Shown here: piece by piece, positions 29,001 through 41,000 of the stretch | Layout: each line of letters begins with the position of its first letter | Position numbering within the stretch: position 1 is the first letter of the stretch | DNA from: an uncultured Candidatus Saccharibacteria bacterium | Lineage (GTDB): Bacteria > Patescibacteriota > Minisyncoccia > Phycocordibacterales > UBA12088 | Length of the DNA: 64,000 nt | Direction of reading: 5' to 3' | Assembly: GCA_964459075.1 (NCBI GenBank) | Contig: CAYWKE010000001.1 | Location: 4,626-68,625, forward strand | Translations under genes and position numbers: made by a program | Notes under the pieces: model-generated | Database searches by the model: none | Told to the model about the DNA's origin: nothing | Seen by the model: only the letters and a program-made list of their open reading frames with translations

Positions 29001-32000
29001 CGTCGGTCGTCGAACCGACCTGGAGTGTCGCGTAGGTCTCGACCGCATCGGTTTTGGCACCCACCAGGAAGTTGAGGCCGGAATTGAGGTAGAGCGTTGA
29101 GCCGGCAGCCCACGTGGTCGCTCCACCGATACGGTTCTCAAAGACACCGCCGACCTCGAGTGTCGTCCCCGCGTTCTGGGTGAAGCCCCCCGCCGCCAGC
29201 AGGCGAACCGCGCCCGTGGTTGACGCATTGTCAGTGAGACTCCACGAGCCCGTGCCGTTGACGATGACCTCGTTGAGCAGCGCGCTGTTGGTAGTAATGG
29301 TGTTACCCCCGCCCGCACCGACGAACCGCATCCCTCCTGCCCCAGCGCTGAAGGTCGTCGAGCTTGCGGCAAAGAACGAACCACCTATTGAGAGAGTCGA
29401 AGCAGGTGCGGTGAGCGAGCCACCTAACGCGCGAAGTGAGCCAGTCGTCGTCGCCGCGCTCTCGGCAAAGCTCCACGAGCCGTCACCTGCTGTCGTTAGG
29501 GACGCAAGCGATTGTCCAGCGAGTGTGATCGTCTCTCCTAGATCGCTGCCCACGAGACGCAGCTCCCCCGGCGCGGTCATAGTGCCACCCGACACATCGA
29601 AGGAACCGCCGACCGCGAAGGTGCCCGAGGGGAAGACGGCAGCGCCTGCGCTGAGTGACACATCGCCGGTTGACGTGGCCTGACTCTCGGGGAAGGTGAA
29701 GGTTGACGAACCGACGAAGGTCATGGACGGGGCAGCTGAACCAGCGAGACGGACGTTCTCTGCTCCACTATCTGAGATGAAGCGCCAGGTACTCGTCGTC
29801 GCCGCACTGAAGCTACCTCCCGTGACCTCGAACGAGCCGTTGATCGCGAGGTTCGCACTGGGGAAGGTCACCGCGCCCGCGGCTTGTTCGATATCTCCCG
29901 TCGTGGTCGCTGCGCTCTCAGCGAAGCTCCATCCACCACCCGCGCCGATGAAGCGCACGGTATTGAGTGGTGAGCTGTTGAGGTCGAGGCTCTTGCCTGT
30001 TGTTGTTGCCGTGAACTCAAGGGTCGAGGAAGCCGCCGCGAACGATGCACCACCGTTAACCAGGAAGCTACCACCGATCTGGTAGGTCTCTGTTCCCTGG
30101 GCGGTCAAAAGCGCATCCGCATAGAGGTGGAGTGAGCCGTCCTCGGGCGCTCCTGAGCCCAATGGAGTGAGGGTCATAGTGCCTCCCGGCGCGAATTCCT
30201 TCGACCCCCACACGATGAGCTTGGTCCCCGCAGCAAGGGTGAGCGTATCGGTCGCCGCGTCCTCGGCATCAAAGGGAATGTTCGCGTCATCATCGCTGTC
30301 GTGGTTGGCCATGTTGACGATGGTGATGGGATTCACATCCTCGTGGCGAACGATGACCCTATCCTGGTAGAGGTCCATATCGAGGATGTTGGTCACTGGG
30401 TCAACGGTCACCGTTGCGGCTTGGATGCCACTCGCTCCTTCCAGGTAGACAATGAGGGGATCCCCTTCCGTAAAGCCGATGCCGGTGAAGGTGAAGACTG
30501 CCGGTCCATCCGAGCACGAGGTCGATGTCGCTGGCGCGCCACCCACCACGAGGGTGACGTTCAGTGCTGAGCCGTCGCACACGCTCGAGCCCACAAGTGT
30601 CGTCCCCTCGTCAAGGTACACTCGACCTTGCACAGTAATGAGGGCGTCGCTGTCATCCCAAATGAGGTAGCCAGGGTCACCGCCCGGATCGATGTCGAAG
30701 TCTTCACCCTCGAGTACGCCGACCGCCTGCGGGAAACGCCAGGTCGCGATCGAGGTGCCGGTCGCGATGATGTTGGTACCTGTAGCGACGCCGGTTGAGG
30801 TACCGAAGCGATTGCTGCGGAAGGTTTTGAGCGGGTTGGCATCGATGACCGTACCGCCCACGGTCATGATGGTTCCTGCGTCGATCTCAAGCTCGAGGTC
30901 GTTGTTCTCAAACACGCCGATCGTCGGCGCGCCGGTGAAGGTAAGTCCTGCGGCATCAACACCTCGCAGCGAGGCAAAGCGCATTGAGAAGCTTCCTCCC
31001 GCGACCGAAAGCGCATAGGTGCCTGCACCATCACCCTCGATCGTCGTGGTCGCGGTCGTTGAGCCCAGGACCGAAAGCGACGCGCCTCGCACCACGATAT
31101 CGCTTCCCGAGGCGATCACGACCGAGACCGGGCGACTTGAGGTGGCATCGAGCAGCGTACCGTCAAAGTCGGTCGCGTAGCTCCAGTGGTCGCTCCCCAT
31201 CGTCGGTTGGTACGCGCCCCATATGTAGAGGTCCCCATCATTCCTATCGTGGTCTTGCGAGTAGAGGGATGAGGTCGACCCGACATCGTAGGTAGCGGCT
31301 ACACTATTCCACAGACGCACATCCGTGCCCCCCGATACTTCAAGCTCGTCGTAGACATCACCATCTGAAGAGGAGGCGTTCACGGAGAAGCTCGCCCCGC
31401 CGTAGAGTGCAAGGGTTGACGTACTCCAGTCGGTCGCCGCATCAAGGAGCTCATTCTCGAAGGGCCCCCCGACCGCAATGCGCGTACCCGAGGCAACCGC
31501 GAAGGACGCTGCGTCGGAGAGGTACCAGCCCGCGGTCGCGGTCGCACTCGCAAGCACCGCCCACCCGCCACTTGCTGAGAGGAAGCGAACATTCGCGAAG
31601 GGAGAATCACCCGGCTCGATGGTCTCGCCCGTGTCGGCCGAGTCGAACACGAACGTACTGGTGATCGGTGCCGTGAGCGTTCCTGTGTTGCGGTACGAAC
31701 CGGCGATGCGGGTGTCATTCGCACTCGCAGCGATGTAGGTCGCCGAAGTGGCGATCAGGAAGTCTCCTGCGACGTCGAGGATGGGGTCGTTGGTATTTGC
31801 GGTCACGCTCACGCTTGTTGAGCCATTCCCCACGTAGAGGTCGCGCCCGACGCTGATCGTCGAGGCAGCAAGCGTGTACGTAGGGCTGCCCGCTCCCTCA
31901 GGCGCAAGGACCAGGTCGTGGTAGATGCGCGCGGCAATGACCACCCCGCTCGTGCCTGCATACGTGGTTGTCGCGGTCTGTGCGTTGAAGGTACCGGCAC

Positions 32001-35000
32001 CGGTCAGTACGTTGCCTGAGCCCGTGAGGCGAAGGAGGTCATCGCCCGCATTGAACGTGTGATTCCCCAGAATGGTGAAGGTGCCCGAGATCGTGGTCGT
32101 TCCCGCACCGACCTTGGAGGTCGACGCCGAGGAGCCGTTCCCTAGGGTGAGGTCATGGACGTACCAGTCACTATCGCCACCGAAAGGCCCCTCACCCTCA
32201 AGGTCGAGTGACCCGTCGGTGAGGTTGAGGACACCGTTCCCTGAGAGCGAGCCTACCTCAAGAGTGATGGTCGTTGTGCCGAGAACCGTGCCATCCGTGA
32301 GGGCGATCGACTGGTTCACGGTGAGCGGATCTTGGATGGTCCACTCGCCTCCCGCGCCCTCAAAGGTCATCGTGTAGAGATCATCCGGTGAGGAGATGCG
32401 CTTGCCGGTCGTGGTCGCCACGAAGCGCAGATCGGCGGTCGCGGTCGTGAAGGTCGAGGCGCCATCAGCGATCCAGCTGCCGCCTACGGTGACGGTCTCA
32501 CCTCCGAGCATGGTGAGCGTAGCACTGCCGGCCAGGCGCAGCGTACCATCCTCAAAGAGTCCAGAGCCGCTACTCAAAAGCGTCACGTCACCTTCTGGGG
32601 TGAAGGTCTTTCCGCTCCACACCAACAGCGCAGTATCGTGAGCGATGGTGAGATCGGTAGGGAGGGTGGTCGCCGTGAAGGGAATGTCCGCATCATCAGA
32701 GGAGTCGTAGGTAGCGAGGTTCGCGGTCGTCAGCGCTGCAACATCCTCGTGACGCAGGATGACGTAGCTCTCGTAGAGATCGAAGTCTGCGATCGCGCCC
32801 GTCGGGGTGCGCGATACCGTCGCGGCTCGCTCACCTCCACCTGCGTTGTCGAGGTACGCCATGATGTCGGCGTCGCCTGAGAACTGCACTCCACCGACCG
32901 AGTAGGCACCGGTGACCGGATCACACGAGCCGGTGTACGACGAGCCCCCATCCACCACGACACGTACGACATTCGCGGTCGCACATGCTGAGCTGCCCGC
33001 ACCCGCACCCTCATCTTCGTACACGGTGCCCGATATCGTGACCGTAAAGCCAGAGTCATCCCAGCGAATGTTCCCGGGGTTGCCTCCGGGATCATCATCG
33101 AATGCCTCACCTGCGAACGAACCAGTGGTGTCGCGGAACCACCAGTAGCTTGCGGGTGAACCCGTTGCCGAGACGTTGCTGCCCGTTGCCACGCCTGAGG
33201 AGGTCGCGAAAGACAGGCCGAACCACTGCGAATCCGGGTTCTCATCGATGGTTGTCGCGTCAAGCGAGAGTGAGGTCGCTCCGTCTGTGGAGAGTACGAA
33301 CGCGATCGGCTCAAAGTTCGTGACGGTCGTCGAGGCGAGAAGCTCAAGGCCTGAGGTCGCGGTGTCCGTGAAGGATGCGTATGCCGCGCTCAAGCTCGCA
33401 CCCGATAGAGTGAGGTCGTAGGTACCACTTCCCTGCGCGGCGACCGAGGTCGTTGCGGTCGAGGTGCCGACGATCGAGAGTGCTGCGCTCCCCTGGTACG
33501 TTGCAGACGCGCCGTCAGCAAAGCGCACCGAGACCGGCCTCGCTGCAGGGCCCGCAAGTGGTGTGAAGTCGAAGTCCGTTCCCGCACTCCAGTAGTCGCC
33601 ACCCGATGAGCGCCCGTACGAACCCCAGATGTACAGCTCGCCATCGTTGCCCGAGTGATCCTGCGAGTAGATAGAGCCCGAGGGATCAACGGCGTAGCTC
33701 TGTGCGTCACTGTTCCAGAGACGAATGTCGGTGTTCGGGCCGATGCGTAGAGTACCGTACGATTCGTCCGCAGCCGCCTTGGCGCCTAGCGTGTAGTTCG
33801 TGGCTGAGGTGAGCGCGAGGGTCGAACCACTCCAGACGGTTGCCGCGCCGATGGTGTTCACCAACTCGCCCGCGACCTCAATGCGCGTGCCCGTGGCTGC
33901 CACGAAGGATGCTGCTGCCGCGAGGGTCCAGTCGTTCGTTGAGGTCGCATTGGCAATGACCTCCCAGCCACCCGCGCCGCTGTTGACGGTCACGTCATAG
34001 AAGGGGTTGTCGCCCGGATCGATCGTAAAGCCGGTCGTGGTCGCATCGAACTCAACCTCACCGAAGCCCGCCGTGAACTCACCTCCTGCAGCATCGAAGT
34101 CGCCGCCAACGGTAAGCGTATCGGTCGGGAAGTTCACGAGACCGCTCTCAATGGTGAAGTGGCGGGCCACCTCAGCATCAAGATCAACAAAGGTGCGACC
34201 TGGACGACTCTCTTGGCTGGAGGTAGCCATGAAGGTTGCCGGGGCGTCCTGGTTGTTGTACTCAGTCGCGTACCAGCCTGCAGCGCGCGAGCTTGTTGAG
34301 AAGCGTAGCTCATCGAGAAGCCCTTGGAGTGCCTGACCAGGATCGAAGTTGTACTGCCCAACATCCTGCTCTTGGCCGATGACGAGGTCGTTCGCGGTGA
34401 TCGAGAGGGTGTCGTGGGTCACTCCAGGGTTCTCGGTCTCCTGTACACCGTTGTAGAAGACATTGGAGTCATCTGGATTGTCGAGACGTTCTGAGACGAA
34501 ATAGTTCCACACCCCGCCGTTAGCTGGAGGAGCGATTGGGTAGTTCGCACTGGTACCCACCCCAGCCCCTGTGTACTGCCGATATTCGGATGCACCGTTG
34601 AAGAAGAGCAAGTACTCGTTGTTGTTCCCCGCATTGATACCCGAGACGATCGCGAAGGAGTCTGATTGTGTCGTGTTGACCCACCAGGACGCGATGAGGT
34701 CATCACGTCCATCGACGAGCGAGATGGGGAGGTTGATGAAGTCGCCAGCGTTGCCATCGAACTCCTGACCGCTCCCCAGCTTTCCGCTCTTGCCGGTGGC
34801 ACCTATCCTATCGTCACCATCAAAGCCGTTACCCGTCGAGTCGGTGTAGAGATCGTTGGTCGTGATACCACTCGCATCCTCTTGTAAGTGGAAGACCGCG
34901 AGGTACTCCGCCCACACAGCGTTGCGGCCGTTTTGGTCCGCATCGGCAACCCCGGTGTCATCTGGATTCCCATAGTAGACGTAGAAGCTCGTATCGACCG

Positions 35001-38000
35001 TGCTCGAGAGTGACGGCGCGAGGAAGTGCACCTCACCGGTCCCTGAGGAGGTCGCGATCGCGACAACCTCACGCGGTACGAGGGTGGTACCGTCGTCGGT
35101 CGTGATGCGGATATCATCGCCGTCACCCTGCACGCTATCGAAGAACTCAGCCCCCAGGATGGAGAGGTCGAGGTAGACCGGGAAGTCCGTGACGTTCGTA
35201 TCTACCTGGCTCGCCTGAATGGTGATCTCAGTGCGGTTGAGCCACGCTGTGTCGAGCCAGTCGGCGCCACCCACACCCAATCCAGTGAAGGTGACATCGT
35301 AGAACTCGGAGCCGCCTGCACGCACCGTTTGGGGACCAGCGAGTGTACGAAGGATGACCTCGCCATCGTTGGCATCGAACGAGCCCCCCGCATCGATCGT
35401 GAAGTCGCCCCCGACCGAGAGTGTGTCCGAGGGAAGAATGACGTTCCCTTGCGAGACGAGGAAATCGTCTGACGTGGTCGCGGCACTATCGAGGAAGGTC
35501 CACTCACCCGTGGGGTTATTGAAGCGCAGTTGGTAAAAGTCGGAACCACCAGCCTCAACCTGTTGGCCTACGGTCGCGCTGGTGAGGGTCACCTGTCCAT
35601 TGTTGTGTTGGAATGTGCCCCCCGTATTGCGGAAGGAACCGCCCACGGTCGTGACGCCGGTCGCAAGGGTGACGGTGCCGGTCGCGATGGTGTAGTCGCG
35701 CAGCGCGGTCACGTCTGGCTGTGAGAACGCCCAGTTGCCGCCCACACCATCGAAGGTGACGTCGTAGAATGAGGAGACCCCGGGCGTGATGGTGCGCCCG
35801 GTCGTCGTTGCCGAGAAGAGCACTTCCCCGGTGCGCGGCGTGAAGATACCGCTGTTGAGGAAGTCTCCCTGGACCTCGAGCTGGTTGCCTGCGCCACCTG
35901 CATCCAAAGTCGCTCCCGAGAGAATGCGCACATCGGTGAGGCGAATGTCAGAGCCCATGACCGCAACGCGCCCCGTTCCGGTGATGTCGATAGCGCCGAG
36001 GTCCTGCTTGGGCGTGGAGAAGTCGTTGAACGCGTAGGAGCCAGTGCCATCAAGGGTGGTCGTCGCACTTCCCTTTTGGAAACTGCCGGTACTACTGATC
36101 TGGAATGCGCGCGCGACCGTGGTCGAGGCACTGCCGGGCGAGAAGGTGCCATACGCTATCGCCAGGTTCCCGTTGACATCGAGCGGGGTTGCGAGCGTAA
36201 AGGTCGCATTACCCGAAGCGTTCCCGAACGTGAGGTTGTAGAACGATGAGGTCGCAGCACCGGTGGAGTCGATGCTTTCGGTCGTCGAAGTGGCATCGAA
36301 GCGCACGAGCGAGGTACCCGCGGCAAATCGGCCCTGGTTCTGCCACGATCCGGTGAGCGCAATCGTGTTGCCGTCAGCGATGAGCTCCCCGTCAACAACG
36401 ACGTCGTGGGTCGCGACGTTCCCCGAGCCCGCGCTGTCCGGGCGGTACGTGGTCGAGGCGAGAACGTAGAGGTTCGCATCGACGCAGCCCCCGACCGCGC
36501 AGGTATCCAGATCATTGTTCACATCAACATCGAAGAAGAGGTCGGGATCGCCCGCAACCGAGTTATCGTACTGCTGGAGATCCGCGTTGGTGAAGGTCAT
36601 CAGCTTGTTCGATCCCAGCGTCAGGTGGCGCTGGTAGAGTTCCATGCCCTCCTCGTCCCCGATACCGTCGTAGACCGACACCGCAACCGCACGCGAGGTC
36701 GTTGCCCCACCGTCGACAAAGACGGTCATGACGGTACCAGGCAGCGCGTTGACGTTGGTGAGGGTCCACGTACCATCCGGCTGGATGGTCGCGGTCGAGG
36801 GTTGGATGACCCCGTCGAGTGCTACTCGCACGGTGCCCGAGGTCACGAGCGCGGAGCGATCGTAGGCACGCGCGATACCCGACACCTCGATACCCTCAGA
36901 CCAGGTCACGCTCCAGTCCTCAACGACCGGACAGTCACCCGAATCGGTGCAGGTGAAGGCGGCCACTAGACGGATCTCACTGTACGTTAGGAAGTCGAGG
37001 TCCCCGAGGTCGATGGGTGAGGTGGTCGCCCCGGTTGCGTTGGTAGGAATGTCAGCAGGAGGGATGAGGAACCAGTCAGTACCGGTCGCGTACTCGACGT
37101 AGTAGCGAATGGTACTCGTCGCTGGCGTGACATCCCTCCACGTAACCTCACCCCACTTCGGCCCCGTGCCGTCGGAGAACGTGATGGTCTCTGATGTTGC
37201 GGTACCGGTCAGCGCTTCGTTGATACGCGTGAGCGTGCCCGTCGCCAGCTCGAACGCCAGCACGCCTACCGACTCAGTTCGGTGACCACGAGATCCCCCA
37301 TCACCGTTCTCTTCATCGATCGTTGCATAGATGAGAGCGGATGTTGCGGGAACACTATCGTTATACACTGCCCAACCTCCATCTCCTCCCTTTTCACCGA
37401 GTTGCTGCACAAGGGCCACGAGAGGTGGTCCGTTGGTGAACGGTGCAGTGAAGTTGATCGCGTCAGGATCGCTACCGTCAACACTATCGATGGTCACCAC
37501 GGCGTCGAATTCTCCACCGCTGTTCGTCCCTGTTCCTACGTCGATCGCGATCCAATCGATATCCTCGATCATCGGCGGCGGTGTCTGGAAGCTCGCACCG
37601 AGCGCGACACCGAACTGCGAGTTGGTTGGTTCATTGGCTAGTGCTGCGCCGTCATTGACGAACGTCGTCACCCAGGCTGAGTTGTTCTCGGTCGCGACCG
37701 TCGCCAGCACCACCGGGCTCCCATCGAACGAGATCGGGAACGCGATCGTGCGATACCCATCTGAATCGGAGTACCCATTGCTCTGAATGTCGGTGACGTC
37801 TTCTGCGGTGTCCGCGACGAGCTTCACCGAGCCCGTTTCATTCTCCACACTCCACGTTCCTGACTCCATTGCAATCCAGTCGATCGTGGTCGTGCCTGTG
37901 GGATCGGTCGTACCGTCGTCATTGTCGACCTTGATCTCAAAGCTGTTGGTCGTCTTGTTCCTCACGCGCGCGGTGCGCTGCCGCACGTCAGGTGCGTCGT

Positions 38001-41000
38001 AGCGAACCGAGGCGACCACAACGAGGTCGGAGAAGTCTTGTGAGAGTGTTACCGGTGTCCAGTCAGAGCCGTTCACGTCGATGGTACCGTACTCACCGAT
38101 CACACTCTGTATCTCGAGGTTGTCATTCACACCCGTGATACCAGTGAGCGAGTTTCGCAAGAACTGCTCGTTGGTGGTCTGGTGCCAGGTGGAGACCGCT
38201 GTCGTGCTGGCGATCGTGAAGCTTCGCTCGTCACTCCAGAACGAGAAGAGGTTGTCACCTGCAAGATCACGTGCGCGCACCCGCCACCAGTACGTGTCAC
38301 CGTCGATGAGGTTGATGCTTGAACTTGCGGTGAAGACGATCTCTTCGCCTGAGGTGAAAGGCGAGGTCTCTGGGTTGCCATCAGCACGCGTAAAGGCACC
38401 GAACGGGTCACTGTCTGACGTGAACGAGAGAGTTCCAGACGCAAATGCGGTTGAGGAGGATATCTGGATCTCGTACACCAGCGATTCATTCTGCGGGTCT
38501 ATTGTCTCGAAGAAGAACTGCGTGGTGGACGATGCTACCTGCTCGTAAGGGAAGGGCGACGTTGTGGTTGGTGTCAGCACACCTTCGCGCCACTGTACGG
38601 TCCAGTCGTAGAGGATGGGGCCAGTCGTTGTCGAGGGTGAGGAGAATATGGCCACAGGCCGAATAACATTGTATGTCTCAGTATCCAGATCAATGAGATC
38701 GAACGGTCCTGTCGTGGTACCTGCTTCGTTGCCCGGCAAGTCCTCGTCGGGGATTGGGAGCCATGAAGAGGAGAGGTACTGGAGCTGGTAGGTGATCGAG
38801 CCCGTGGTCTGATCGTCATTCCACGAGAAACTTCCCCACTTGTTGCCGATCGCACCGTCATCAAAGTCTATGGCTGTGCCTTCAAGTGTTCCATCAAATG
38901 CATTCTCAATGGTCCCAGATGCAGCGGAGAACCCAATGACGCTACCCTCCTCATCTGCGTGGCCATTTCGCGTGTTATCAGGTCCGTCCTCATCAACTGA
39001 TCCGTAGAAATCGGTCACCGTCACCGCAACCTCAGTGTCACGGAGCGCCCACGACCCGTTGCCGCCATTCTCACCACCTTGCGCTACGATGTAGACCACC
39101 GGCAGACTCAGGAACTGCCGCGTCCAGGGAATGTTGTGCGTCGGATCATCGAAGATACCATCAAGACCCAGATTGCCGCCGGTGGTCTGGAAGGCGGCAT
39201 CCATCTCGACGCCGGCACTGGTCGTCCCGTGGAACTCCTCGAATGCCACATAGTCGATCTCCTCAGCTGCGGTGTGGTCGTTGTTGGCATAGCTCGTCAA
39301 AATTTGGAGACGCAAATTGGTATCGCTGGGCGGGTCCCCACTGTCGCCATCATCTGCTTTGGTTGCGGCCCACGTGGGGTCGTTATCGGAGGCAAGCGTG
39401 TGGAGTACAACTGGCGTGCCCGAGAAAGCGGGTGCGAAGACCACATTCGCAGGAGTTCCTACTTCTACGGAAGCTCCACCATCCCACCCAAATTGCCCAT
39501 CGGTCGTCTCACTTCCCGCGACCACCCGCACACCACTTCCTCCGTCATTGATGGTCCAGTCCCCTGCTTCCACAGCGAGCCAGTCGACCACGGTCACACC
39601 CGAGGGGGTAGGCGTTTGCGCGTGGTTATCGACCTTGATCTCAAAGCTTGTCTGCCCTTTGTTGCGTACACGGGGACTCCGTGGGTCAACGGTCTCGTCG
39701 TAGCGCGGACTTGCCACGACGACGAGGTCATCGTAGCTACCGGACAGGTTCACGGTCGTCCATTCGTTGTTGTTGAGATCGACGGTTCCAAACTCAGCCA
39801 CGACACCGCCCAGCCGCACTTCATCTGATGTTGAGGCAAACACGCCCCGGAGCGAGTCGGTCACGAATTGCTCCTCGGTCGTCTGGAACCACGTCGAGAC
39901 GTCAATGGTCGTATCGGTCGTGAACGATAACGGAGGATCGGACCACGGTCCCCACTGGTCAGAGCCGCCCGGGTCGCGTGCGCGAATGCGCCAGTAGTGG
40001 GTCACATCGTTGTCCAATGCACTTGCTCCCGGAACAGTGAAGCGGATCGTCTGACCAGCAGAGAATGGCGCCTTGTCACTCGTGTTTGAGATGTTCGTGA
40101 ATGAGAGAGGTGAACCGGTGACCGTCGAATTCACATCAACGAGTGTCGAGGAGAAATCAGTGGTCGTCGCGAGCTGCACCTGGTAGTGCAGGTCGTCGCC
40201 GGCAAGATCGGACGCGGTGAAGGTCAACTCTGGGGTGAGATCTCCGGTCTTTGCATTGTCAAAGGGCGTACGCGCGATCGGCTCATCCGGAGCCGAATTA
40301 GTATCGAGCTGCGGGTAGTTGGCGGGCGAGATCACCGCGGTTCCCCCGACGCCCACCATGCGGAAGCAGTACGAGCTGTTGGTCTCAGGTGCATTCGCTT
40401 CGAGTACCCAGTCAAACTCAAGGATATCGCCTGGAGCATAGTCAACACTCAGTGCAGCTGAGTTGTTCTCTTCTTCATACGTTCCAGCATCTGTAGTACT
40501 GGCTAGCACTGTTGCGGAAATGGCTGACTGTTCTGCGACCGACGCGTTGTCGAATCCTCGCCACGGAGCACTCGACGAGCTTTGCTGCTCGACCGGGTTC
40601 CACGCAAGCGATGATAGGTCACACGAATCACCAATATTTGCTTGGGCAACCTCAAGCGTGAACGCATCGTCGAGGGCTGTGGACGTTGCGTTATTGAGCT
40701 GCATCGAAACACGCAGACGGAGTACATCGCCAGCCGTGATGGCCGCATCACTCCCGATCGAAGCGTTCTCATCCAAGTCTTCTGACCCCAACGGCCATGG
40801 ATCGGTCGGGGTCTGAGCGTCCTCATTGAGGTACCAACGGAAATCCTGCATGTTCCACGCGGGCACGTTGGAGGTCTCCTGCGCACCAAATGCAACAGTA
40901 GGGTGTGGGAAGGCGTACTGCCTGGACTGCGGCGCTGCGATGAAGTTCTGCTCGTCATCATCCGTTTGATCTTCCCATATAGCGTAGAACGGCTTGGGTG

